Positions 1 to 11,568 of a DNA stretch of 64,000 bases are shown here, piece after piece. The notes below the pieces were generated by a model. It had not been told where the DNA came from. It did no database searches and saw only the letters and a program-made list of their open reading frames with translations. Made by a program: the position numbers and the translations under genes. Source of the stretch: Xylographa opegraphella (taxonomy: Eukaryota); the NCBI GenBank assembly GCA_022813865.1, contig JALDZX010000015.1, positions 248,001 through 312,000 of the forward strand, read 5' to 3'. How positions within the stretch are numbered: position 1 is the stretch's first letter; each line of letters opens with the position of its first letter.

Positions 1-1678
1 AATGTCAAAGCACTCCGCCAGTAACGCATTCACGCTGCCTTGTCCTTCCGGGATATCGGATCCAATCATGAACTTGCCATCGGTGCGCATGTTATCGATG
101 GAATTGAGCTATGGAGATCAGCATCTGACAGTATTCATCGATAACAAATGGCACGCGGGACGCACCTTCATACTGTAGGGGTATAGCTCCCTCGGTGATG
201 AGACCCCTCCAGATTTCTTAACTTCAAGTAGACATCGTCGTAACGTTTGGAGTTGGTTGAAGACCGGAAGTAAAGCCTCGGAAACTGGCTCAGACGACCC
301 GATAAGTCCATATATGTACGCATAGCTGCGCCTGATAAGGTAGAGCAGAGTCTATGTCGTGTTAACAAGCATCGGTCACGCGGAGCTGAGTCGATCTTTA
401 CCCTCTGTGTATGAAGATCTGCTTTGTTCCCCTGTGCGTCTTCAAAATTGCCATCAATCCTGGATTCGTCTATCCTGTCAAGTTGGCGTTGGTAATTATA
501 AAGATCCGTTTCTCTCAGTGACCACGCTTGTGTTAGCGTAAGCTTCTCAAGCTGGTTCCGAATTTCTAGCAATTTGTCGTATGTGGTCTTGAAGCGCTCG
601 TCGATCTTTCCGTTTCTAGACAACATTCAGTATTTCTTTCAACTGGATAAGAGGAAGATGTATACTTTTCCAGGCACAAATCCGCCCAAATCAAGCATCG
701 CTTGAGGAGATTACTGACAAGCTCTTGGCCTTGAGGGACTGTTGAATCATTTCCTAAGAACTTTCCATCCACCATCGTTGCCTGCATCTGAATGAGCTGA
801 TCTTGAAAGGCCCGTACTTCTCCAGCTGGAAACTAATCGAACGTGTCAAAGACGGTAAAATAAACATGCACTTTTGAATTACTGACTGTGTTACGAGTAT
901 TGCAGGCGGCCATAGACCGTAATATCGACACGAGCTTCTCATACGTCGGTACAAGCTCTGGTGACAAATTTCCCAATCGTCTATACAGCTCTTCCAAAAT
1001 AAGATGACATGTATCTAATCGATTTTCCAATAGTGTCAAGAGATGTGGAGAGTAGCTCTCCTTGCCACGCTGTAAAGTCTCCCGCATAGTAGCAAATGTG
1101 GTCTCGATTCCATCAAGATCCTTCGCCGTGTAGAAGTTTGCTTCGCTAAGGTGATCAAGAAGTCTCTGATGGAGATTAATATAAGGAGCTTTTTTTCGAC
1201 GACTGTATGGCTAGTGTATACCTTGACCGTTGAGCACATGGAGTAGCTGGACTCGGCATTAGTACGAGGAAGTGAGGGTCACGAGACCAATTTGCAACCT
1301 ACACTGCAGGCGCTTCATTATTCCGGCCAATGGTCAGAAAGAAGAGCGATATCAGTTGAAAACAATCCTCGAGAACATTGTCCACTAAATTGGAATTCTG
1401 ATCAGTCTGTTGCTCCGAAGGACTAAGCCAGCGATTGCCCTATCATATCACGGACCTCTGTTATTCTCTAGTGGCTTTTTGTGCTCTCTGCGCAGGTCGT
1501 TCAAAAGCTGAACCTGCTTGATAGTCTCATTATACAGACTCAAGACATCTTTTGACTTGATATAGGTTGACCTGTCCTGCTTCAAGAGCGATAGCTTATC
1601 CCGGATGTACAGGAGACTGTCGAGGATAGGTTGCTCCTCCGGATCGAGTGGAGCATTGACGGCTGGTGAATCACTCAT
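1..1678 (-). CDS. CUB1: UPF0662/DUF2408 family protein (yeast YPL260W/Cub1-like); multi-exon, 3' end runs off the window
   Basis: N-terminus MSDSPAVNAPLDPEEQPILDSLLYIRDKLSLLKQDRSTYIKS; later exons LTLTQAWSLRETDLYNYQRQLDRIDESRIDGNF and LNSIDNMRTDGKF..IPEGQG; ORF fragments joined by GT-AG introns. Confidence 0.85.
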
Positions 1679-1869
1679 GTTGATTGGCTCAGAAAACTCT
1701 TAAGCATGTCGGTTGGCAATATGATAGAGAGGTCAAGGCCGAGAGCAATTATGTTGATCTGCAGCTGAAATCCCCAGAATCCGGAAGCGCAAACTTGGGA
1801 GGGTCCCACCTTATCTCATAGCGCGGGGAAGCACAATCTTAGCGAAAGTTACCAGCCCTACCCACCACA

Positions 1870-1879
1870 AATTCGACTT
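1870..1879 (+). promoter_or_regulatory. Taq-box-like ribosomal protein promoter element (AATTCGACTT)
   Basis: Matches ARTTYGACTT, recalled as conserved upstream of Neurospora ribosomal protein genes; ~80 bp upstream of RPP1 ATG and preceded by CCCACCAC. Confidence 0.4.
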
Positions 1880-1955
1880 CGCGATATTGACATCTACCAC
1901 GACGTACCGAAAAGAACCGCAATACTGATCCCACGCACATCGCATCCGCCCCACG

Positions 1956-2493
1956 ATGTCTACCTCCGAGCTTGCCGTGTCGTACGCCGCTCTGATTCTC
2001 GCCGATGAAGATATTGACATTACCGTAAGAAAGGGCATATTTCTAGCAAGGCCCTGAGCAGACTCGAAACACAGACTAACGTCACATTTCAGGCCGACAA
2101 ACTCCAGACACTCATTTCAGCCGCCAAACTCACTGAAGTCGAGCCCATATGGACCACTCTATTTGCCAAGGTACATACCGACAAATGATACCAGTGGTTG
2201 CTGTCAAGAAGGGCGTTATTGACAGTGTGGCAGGCACTTGCAGGCAAAAACGTTAAAGACATGCTGCTGAATGTTGGATCTGGAGGTGGAGCTGCCGCGG
2301 CGGCACCTACAGGAGGGGCGTCAAGTGCAACGGCCCCAGCGGATGCGCCAGCGGAGAAGGTAGAAGAGAAGAAGGAAGAGGGTACGATAGCCCTTATGTT
2401 TTTCGCCTCGGTTCTGGCACTTGGAATACTGACATATCTATTACAGAGAAGGAGGAGTCCGACGAAGATATGGGCTTCGGTCTCTTCGATTAG
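1956..2493 (+). CDS. RPP1: 60S acidic ribosomal protein P1 (4 exons)
   Basis: Spliced translation [72 protein letters not shown]...|[15 protein letters not shown]. Confidence 0.97.
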
Positions 2494-2799
2494 GCATTTA
2501 TTGTTGTATTCATTATCCCTCGGATCTCATTAGAATATTGAAGGGGAGGCTATTACAACAAATAATACTTCAAGAATGGTCCTCAACTTGACGTGAAAGT
2601 GAGATCCAATATCTTCACGTACCTATTATACCGCGATCGCGTAAGCTTCTAACAAAACCAGTTGTTCTTTCTGGAAGGAGGGACAACAAATTATCACATC
2701 ACGCTGGCTGGCTTCTAATTAATGTACACTAGACCTGTAGGTGATCTTCTGGGTGTCTCAGATATATAAGATCTGTGGCGATGCCGCCATCGCAATTCG

Positions 2800-4061
2800 T
2801 CACTCTATTGCTGATGAGTCCTCTTCTTCCTTCTTCGCATACATGTGGAATTGGATGAAGATTAATGTATCCTCGAACATGGTTCCTATGGACAGTAATA
2901 AGCATCATCTACCTCTCCTTCTCTCCATACGTCACTTACCTAGAGAGCCGATAAGCCAGGGAAGGTTGGTGAGAATGTACTGCGAATCGATGGAATGAAA
3001 GAGAATCTAAATCCTGGTTTAGGATCGTTTCTATGGAATGACGGAAGTGCATGTTAAACTTACTCCAGCACCGTATGTAGCGTTCCCCAGGAGAGATAAC
3101 ATGAAAAACAATAATGATAAACCTGAAGATGTGAGCATTGCGAGAAGAATGCTGGGGTCGCGTTTATTGGTGTACCTTCACAAGAACGCTCTCTAGCTCT
3201 TATTCAGTTTATATCATCTATTAAAGGATCCAGAGACTCACCGATGATTTTTGACAATCTGTGGAATTCTCGCCCTATACCCAGCGCCAGTGTCAAAAAT
3301 ATTTCAAAATACTTACAGATATCGCAAACTACGTACCCGAGATATGCCACTGCAGATAAATAGCCCAAGATCTCAGCCCCCAATGCTGGGTGTGAACTGT
3401 TATTGTCTTCAGCAGAAGTCGGTTTCCAGGCCCCAAGCTTCCATGCAACGAGCCATCCTAAGCATCCGGCCAAGCATACTAAAACGATGCATATGACGTT
3501 CTTCAGCCAATTTCTGCCTGAGATCTCGACCTCTGGAATAGTAGGTAGAGGACTGCGCAGACTAGAGTCTCTCCGCTTGGTGGACACGGAGGACCGACGC
3601 CGGGACCCGGGCAACCCGATGTTGTCGCTGTTGCGTCGAAGCAATGGCTGTTCTGGATCATCTGAGCCTGAACCATCACCTATTAATTTTGCTTGACGAG
3701 CTGTCCTTCGCTCATTGATAAAGTTGTAGTAGAGACATTGAGTAATCAAGATAGCATCGGCGAAACAGAAATAGACTGCAAGTGCTATCACAGTAGGGAC
3801 AAGTCCAGCCCATATGGCGCCAAAGAAGTTGGCAAGATCCCCAATAAACCAGACTACTAGAAAAGCAAGGGAGATCCCTTCTGCGCTACCTTCACGGTAA
3901 TTCTCGAGCAGCTGCGGGACCTTTGAGAGGTATGTCAACAGCAGAATTCATCGGAGGAAGTCGAAACGACTCACGAGAAGGAATATCCAAGAAGCGAGAG
4001 ACACCGAACCAAATACTCCCGATAGCGCTTCGTGCAGCGGCAATGGCGGTTCGATCCACAT
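2800..4061 (-). CDS. PQ-loop repeat vacuolar amino-acid transporter (Ypq/PQLC2-like), multi-exon
   Basis: MWIEPPLPLHEALSGVFGSVSLASWIFLL|VPQLLENYREGSAEGISLAFLVVWFIGD; second PQ motif ARIPQIVKN; ends LPWLIGSLG|TMFEDTLIFIQFHMY..SSAIE*. Confidence 0.9.
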
Positions 4062-5002
4062 TACCGATGTTGTGTAAGAGACCGCTCACTCCAAGATCAT
4101 ACAAGTCCAAAAGGCACAGTGTCACAGCATACTGTGATACACACAGACAACAGACAAACAGGAAACAACAATGTGGAAGTCACTGGGAGATCAAATGAGG
4201 CAACGTGACATATGTGTTACTGTCGACACAGGACACTGCGGCGTGGTCAGTGGTCACAAACTCGAAACTGTTAGTCGCATTATTGTGGCTTGAGCAGCGG
4301 ACGTTGAGGTAAGCTCGGAGCCAAAAATACCGCCGGGAGCAGCCCTATTGACTTAAGACAGCAGACCCTGACCTGTTGAACGAGCATTTAGGAGGTGAGT
4401 GAAGATGACAATCAAGCACCCTCTGGACAGTGCAAATGTAAGCTGAGGGGGGATTGCGCTTCTTGCTCCGATCGCAAATACCTTCATTGGTGCACTGACG
4501 GAGCCTGTCCATTATCCGTAAGCAGGTACGGGGGGTGCTGTGTGCGCCTTACTGTGTATGCAACTGAACCCAACCCACGGGCATACAACAAGCGATTACG
4601 AACTTTAGTGGCCGAGTGGCCTGCAGACTACGCCTGTAGTGGTTAGAGCGCGGAACACGATGGTTTTTCATCACTTTCTCCATCTACTGATCACTCATCC
4701 AGTCGGCCACTTCTTTCAAGCACTCCCTTTTTACCCTTCTTACCTCTAACGCTCGTTACTTCTCACCTTACATTTCCACTGATTCGTTTTTCTCCTTTGG
4801 TTGGTGACTCTTCGCTCGCTCACCATTCACTACTTCCTCCGGTGACCTATTCCTCGATTTAGGCTCGGCTTTTCCGCTGTCCCTAGTATACCTTTGTCAG
4901 GATCATCGCAGTCGACCTCTTCTGGATATTCGACATCAGCCATTTAATATCGGCCTGACGGTCCTCACCATCAGCAAACCTCTTCCCTTCCATCGGCTCA
5001 AA

Positions 5003-5875
5003 ATGTTCCGATCACAATCCGTTACCTTCCTGTTTACTGCACTGCTGGCGGTGCACTCTTTTGCATCAGCTGCAGAATTCGACCTCATGCAGAGACAAAA
5101 CGTGCCCTTGAGTACTGGAGGATCAACAGCGGCGAGTTCTACTACTTTCTCGACCGCGGCCGCTTCTTCAACCTCGATGGGTGACACATCAACCTCGACA
5201 CCAACCCCAATATCGACGACTACTCCTGCCTCGACAACGCTCTCTACCACACCAGCCTCATCCTTTCAAGAAACAACTACCCCAACACCCACGATTCAGT
5301 CGACGTCCTCGTCGTTCTCGGTTCAACCCACATCAACCACCCCGTCCCCGTCTCACACTACTCTAACGACTGCTGCGGCATCAATAACACCAACAACATC
5401 TTCTACACTTCTCGCCACCACGCAGACAACAGTCATCGCAGTCACCCAAAACGAAGGACTGACCACGACCGTATTACTCACCCATGGATCGAGCACGATT
5501 GCCTCCGTCATCACAACAAGTAAAGTTGTGGTCACGAGCTCCACCGTAACTTCAACCTCTACGGCTGGTCTCGTTTCCAGTAACGACAGCTCCGGCTCTA
5601 CTGGACTCTCACCAAGTCAGAAGAGCACGGTCATAGGAGTAGTTGTGGGTGTGGGAGGAGCTATATTACTTGGTGCTCTAGCATTTGTTGCATGGCGCTT
5701 TCGAAACAAGAGAAAACATGCGGCAGACGGGGACGATGACCTGATGGGAGGACACAGTGTACCAGGCTCTGCTGGCGAGAAGACAAGCAACATCAGTGCT
5801 GACAGTCCCTTCAAATCTACCCTGGATCAGTACCATAACCCGACGGGGCCTGTTAACACAGCGTCAAACTTCTAG
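5003..5875 (+). CDS. Ser/Thr-rich type I membrane protein, Mid2/MtlA-like cell-wall stress sensor
   Basis: Signal peptide, long S/T tract, single TM (VIGVVVGVGGAILLGALAFVAW) followed by a basic stop-transfer segment; tail STLDQYHNPTGPVNTASNF. Confidence 0.8.
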   Translation: MFRSQSVTFLFTALLAVHSFASAAEFDLMQRQNVPLSTGGSTAASSTTFSTAAASSTSMGDTSTSTPTPISTTTPASTTLSTTPASSFQETTTPTPTIQSTSSSFSVQPTSTTPSPSHTTLTTAAASITPTTSSTLLATTQTTVIAVTQNEGLTTTVLLTHGSSTIASVITTSKVVVTSSTVTSTSTAGLVSSNDSSGSTGLSPSQKSTVIGVVVGVGGAILLGALAFVAWRFRNKRKHAADGDDDLMGGHSVPGSAGEKTSNISADSPFKSTLDQYHNPTGPVNTASNF

Positions 5876-6509
5876 ACAGAACGAAATGTATATGAACGAG
5901 TACACCTGAAAATGGGCGAGGTAGAGGGACTTACTGTTTGGAAGAAAAAGATGGCGTCTTTGCTTCTCAACCGACGATTTTCTTTTGTTCCTGATAAGCA
6001 CTAGAGCGAATTCCTGGGTCGGGTTAATAGGGGTCAAAACGAACTTTTCATGCAATGTATAGCATAATACCATTTTCTGGTCAAATCCTATGTCGATCTG
6101 CTCAGGCATCGTTTCAGAGTGTCTAACGACCTGTGATAGCTAATAACTATTGCGCGTCCGGCTGGATTGCTCAATGAGTATCGTAAATAGCGCTGAGAAG
6201 CTTGCTCCGAATAGTCGTTTTATGCCAAGGCCAGATCGACGAAAGCACACAACGATGCACCGATCACTCGTCCGGACGTAAGGTTTTCTTTCCCATGCTA
6301 TTCATAATTCGGAGCCGCTCAGAATAAAAGATATCACTACCATTGCTTTGTATGAGTACAGAGAGTCTTTGCCCAGTCGTATCGAGACCAGAATCACAAG
6401 ATCATCACCACACGCGACGTCTTCCTCGAATCTTCTCCGTCTCTTCTACGTGCCTGCCTGATGAATTTTGCATAAATTTATCTTGTCCTACTACTGGATA
6501 TGTACAATC

Positions 6510-8350
6510 ATGGCATTCAACTTCAACTGGTCGCCTTTGACGGCAGACGCCTCATTCTATACTCGTGCTCAAGACCTATTGACAGCAGCTTTAAACAAAT
6601 CGCCGAAACCACCGATAATCGTCGATGATATCCTCGTCAATGAACTCAACCTGGGCTCGGTGCCTCCCGATCTCGAGATCCTTGAGATTGGGGATCTGGC
6701 GGAGGATAGGTTCCGTGGAATCTTTAAGATGTGCTACACAGGAGATGCTTTCCTTACTCTCAAAACCAGAGTACAGGTACGATTATCCAATCTAAAGCAA
6801 GAGCCTTTCACAAAGTTTATCGAGTCCCTAACATGTAGCAGGCGAACCCTCTTAATACCTACTTATCGACAAGGCCATCCTTTGCTTCACCCCAACCATT
6901 AGCAGCTGCATCCGGTCTCACAATCCCGCTGAAGATCACACTTTCCGAGATTAAGCTCTCTGCTTTCATCATTTTAGTCTTTTCGAAACAAAAAGGACTG
7001 ACTCTGGTCTTCCGCAATGATCCTCTCGAGTCACTCAAGGTATCATCTACCTTCGACTCGATTCCATTTGTCCGAGATTACCTTCAGAAAGAGATTGAAG
7101 GGCAACTGCGAACGCTGCTTATGGATGAAGTGCCAGCTATCATACATCGCCTTTCGCTAAGATTATGGGTTCCAGAATTTCGTGCTCGTGAGGACGAAGA
7201 AATATCTCGCAACATGGAGTCACAAGCACCTGAAGAGAAAGCTACTGATCCACTTGCTAGTCCGCCACAGGATCCAGTAGACTTGCTTGGGAATGCCTTG
7301 GACTCAGCACAAGTAGCTTCTTTATCACTGGACTCAACCGCGGAGACACACTCTCTATTCTCGCAGAAAAATCTACTACGGCTCGCTGCTTTAAATGACT
7401 CCCATCGAACTCTGTCATTGTTCACTCCTGGTATACGAGAAGTAGTTTTCAGAGCTTGGACTGGCCCAACGGAACGTGGCGAACGCACTGGCTTCCACTC
7501 TCCTGTTACCCCACTTTATCCAGCATTTAATCGGAAACACTCTCACGGACCGAGCACAAGTACGACGTACACTTTTTCAGATGCCTCTGAAGGAACACCG
7601 CTTTCAGGAAGGCCGACCCTGCAAAATTACGGCTCTTACTATACTGGCCATACGCTCGGTCAACCCAAGCATGGAAAGCCTGGTCGAAAGCGAAAACATC
7701 GCGTAGTAAATCTTCGGAAACCCAAGAGCGAAATCGACGACGCCCAAAGCGTGAGCGGGGAAAGTAGCATGTCAGCTACCATGTCATCCACTACTTCGGA
7801 GTCAGGTTTTCCATGTACCCCATTATTTCCATGTACCCCATTACAAGAGCGCGAAGGCGAGTTGCAAACCCCACCAAGCTCGCCCCAAAAATCGAGGGAC
7901 TTCCAACACAGCCCGGACAGTATCGATCTACGTGACACTCCGCCAAGACTCCGAGATCTGACACCTCGACCACCAGCGCGCACAAATTCAAAAGTCTCAG
8001 GTTCGAACCTCAGGAACGCATTGAACGAGTCCGATTCTGCGCCTTCACAATCAGTATCCTCCTTGCGAGACTTACCTCGTGCCACTTCCTTTAGGCAAGC
8101 CTCAGGAACCTCGTACGCACGCGAGAAAGTTCCGACAGGGTCTGCTGCATCCTCCCACACATCCACGCCAATTCTTGCTTCGCCATTTCCATTTTCAGAG
8201 TCCTCTCCTGGTGGAATACTTGAGCAAGCTTGGTTGCTGAAAATGGCGGGCGAAATTGCGCGTAGGGTGGAGGAGCAGAAGCGTGCAGACGGGGGCTGTT
8301 GGGATAGGAATGACCGGGACGATACCCCTCCGCCAGCCTACGGGTCATGA
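6510..8350 (+). CDS. MDM34: ERMES complex subunit Mdm34 (one intron 6777-6841)
   Basis: [10 protein letters not shown]...[47 protein letters not shown] (SMP domain); C-terminal PPPAY motif. Confidence 0.95.
7808..7843 (+). repeat. Perfect 18-bp tandem duplication inside MDM34 (FPCTPL x2)
   Basis: tttccatgtaccccatta repeated twice, in frame. Confidence 0.9.
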
Positions 8351-8658
8351 TTGTGGAACGTGCTATGTGATACGAATGCTGATTTACGGCTGTACAAAAT
8401 ATTGTTTCGAAATCACGGAACGGGTGAGGGGGTTTTGCTGATGCATGAGAGGCCGGTTCTCGATTGTGGAACGCCGTTCTGGGTTCTGATCGAAGAAGCT
8501 AGAACTCGAGTCCCGTGACACTGTAGTATATACCATCCACTTAATTACTTATCATACAAACTATTACAAGCATCCTCCACCATTTTGATTCACCCGACGA
8601 AAACCGACTTTTTACACGAAAGCCTCCTTCGCCTCCACTTTCCAAGCCCGCTACCCCT

Positions 8659-10168
8659 CTACCCCCTCTTCGCCATCTTCTTCTCACTCTTCTTCCTCTC
8701 CCGCTCCCTCTCCTTCTCCAAGTACCGATTCTGCTCCGCGGCGCTCAGGCCCTTCAGCTTCGCCTCGCGCTCGGCCTTCTTCTTGCGGTCGCCCTCCAGC
8801 TTGCGCTCCTCGGCCTTCTCCTCCTCGTCCACCTTCCGCAGCTTGCGGCTCTCCTCCTCGCGCGTCGCTCTGATCTTGCGGCCGACCTCGGGCCGGAAGT
8901 GCGCGTTCGTGACGAGCGTGTCCGGGAGGCGGAGGAAGTAGGAGAAGAGGGGGAGGGTGTGGGCGTACGCGGTGGGCGCGGTGGAGGAGGGGAGGTGCAT
9001 GGAGAGGGTGAGGCGTTTGCGGGGGATGGTTTGGTCGAGACTTTTGCGAGGGGGAGGGTGGTTAGTATGGGAAAGAGGGGGGGGGAGAAGAGGGCTGGGG
9101 GGCTTACGTTCGGGGTTTGTCGATCGGTTGGTCGGTTACGATCAGGTATTCGAAGGCCGAGTCGCCGGCTTCCTCGATGAGTTTGATGAGCTCAGGGGTC
9201 AGGAGGGTTTCCGTGACTTCGGCGCTCTCGCTCATGACGGATGCCCAGAGAGGGAGCTTGGGGTGGTCCTTGGTCACGGTCAGGGAGATGTCGTAGCGGT
9301 CCTCGCGCAGCCGGCGCATGTTGTCCTTGTTGACGACGGCCCAGACGCAGTTGTCGTAGGAGGACTGTAGGCCCTTGATACGCTCTTCCAGATTGGCTTG
9401 CTCGCGCGGAGATGCGGCGGTGAGGAGGTCTTTCTCCTTGCCGTCGAAGGCGTATGCGGTAGCTTCCATGCGCTCCACGGGAGGTTTGATGCTGTCGAAG
9501 AAAGTGCTGAGGACGTATTCCAGAAACAGCGTGAACGGGTTATACCGCTTGAACAGCGTGATCTTGACATCCACAAAGGCCACGTTCTGGCGCCCGGTCG
9601 CGTACGTCGTGTACTCCTGCGCCGTCTTCTCCTTCAACAGCTCGGAGGGGATCGTCAGCTTCTCGGACGTCAGAGCCTTGGCTAGGCCGTCCGACTCCAC
9701 TTCCTCCACCGAAGGGGAATCCCGGCCCCCGAAGCCCACGACGGCGAACTCATTCTTGAGGATGGGCGCGTGGGCTGCAATCCAGTTTCGGGCTTTGCGC
9801 TTGTTCTTACGGCGTCCCCACACGTGTAGAGCGACGATGATGAGCACGAAGGGGAGGATCACCATCTCAGAATAAAAATCGCCGGGTGACGTGCGCTCCC
9901 ACACGCGGTACCATTTCGTGTAGACGATGCCGGTACTGCTGGTGGGGATGGCTGGGCTGTCTTGCACGGGTGAGGCGGTCGTGGGGTTGAAGGACTGGAC
10001 GGGAACCGGGTCTGGAGCACCTGCGAAGTCGGCAAAGTCTGCGAGAGAGCAAGAGTATTAGTTGCAGTGCCATTGAGGGAGTGGTAAAGAAGGCATACCG
10101 CCATCGTCGGTGGATGATGGAGCGGAGGGTTTCGAGCCACCGAAGAGACCCTTTAGGAGGGAGTCCAT
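8659..10168 (-). CDS. DUF1682/UPF0674 ER membrane protein (CCDC47/YNR021W-like), 3 exons
   Basis: MDSLLKGLFGG..|DFADFAGAPDP..YTKWYRVWERT, TM helix, YATGRQNVAFVDV, LIVTDQPIDKP; charged coiled-coil C-terminus; intron 9041-9107. Confidence 0.88.
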
Positions 10169-10329
10169 TGGATTCAAGTCTCCCCAGTAGATGTTTCACC
10201 CTAGAGGAAATAGATCAACAGCTGATACGAGAAAAAGGCGCTGTCCGATTGCTGTTCATCATAAGCTTGTGAGAATGGTCTCCGCACGAGGCATTCTGGA
10301 TATAGGTTTTACTAGTACGATGCACCAAT

Positions 10330-10740
10330 TACACCCTAGAAAATAACACTACAAACAAATTATAATACGGGTTCTATAAGGTCATAATTTGTATAATCTA
10401 AATTCTTCCTTTGTTCGTTCGAGTGGAATGCGCGAAAATGTGTCTACATGTGCAAGATTGAGAATCAGTGTAGATAATTCTATATTCCGGAACATCCAAT
10501 TGTCAGATTTTCTGGTTCTCTTACAATCAATCACAGAATACCTTTCACTTCGATGAGAAGAACCTCTGGGAAGAGCCCAGTCCATAGCCTAGTGCATTGA
10601 TCTTAGGAGAGACAGAAAGGCACCACATGTTGACGAGGTACCAATCCTCCATACGCCGAATATACGTATTTCATACTGCACTATCACCCTTCGCCACCTT
10701 CGAGCTCTCAATACCAAGTTTTATGTCCCTAGGAACTGTA
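10330..10740. mobile_element. Possible degenerate non-autonomous TIR element (MITE-like relic)
   Basis: AT-rich, no credible ORF; left end TACACCCTAGAAAATAACACT vs reverse complement of right end TACAGTTCCTAGGGACATAAAACT; TA at both ends. Confidence 0.3.
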
Positions 10741-11568
10741 ATTAGCAAAAAGGAAGAACAAATACAACCCGAATGAATGCCATATGTTGCATTCTGTGAG
10801 GTTGAATAGTAAATTCTGGGATGTTGCATACCAGGACAAGGCGAGTCATCATGTACATCGAGCCTGCATCGATGTTCAGTAAGGTTTGCAAAATATCAAG
10901 ATTGGAATGTTACCGGCAAAGCCACCCCATAATGCGACATAGTATGGAAAGAGTAGGTAGCGGGAGCGGGGGGTCTACACCCATAAAAGTGTCAGCTTCT
11001 CGCAATACACTCGAGATATTTCGGCTGTGTTCTTGAGCATGATATTGAATATCATGCGTCCTTTCTGTAGTGTTCTTCTAGGCATGTCGAGATCGAGTAA
11101 AATGTTGAAGCTCACCTTATTCCATTGTCGAAGACCGTCGTGTTTCTGAAAAAGGCGCTGATAGTGAGGAACCCGATTCTCACGGTTGACGAACCTAGAG
11201 GAACGTGAGAGTCATGATTAGCAGATTATATCATTATCATAGATTGTTGTATGATATTGGACTGATGTTTCACTCATTGGAAGCTGTTCTTGCGGAACGG
11301 AACAGCGGTGCATGGAGGCACGAAACACACGTGTATACATACCCAGGCATTGTAGTTATATTTCGAATACAGATCCACCTTTCAGAGAGCAGAGTCCGTC
11401 CTTAAGTGGATGACCTGGACAAGAAGGTCGGCCTTGAGCTTCCGCACGCTAGCTGTGTAGCCTAGAGTAGGACCCAGGGCTGAACTAATGTATGCAACAA
11501 TCTGATTGTTGAACGAGTCAAGGCAATGAGTCTTTCCTTTGGTTGACGGCCCGTAGCAATAATTCTGC

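Noticed and set aside
4100..4260. Several GTCAC/GTGAC words and a TCACAG..CTGTGA hairpin upstream of the PQ-loop gene
   Set aside because: Short words, no exact match to a motif I can justify; compatible with chance
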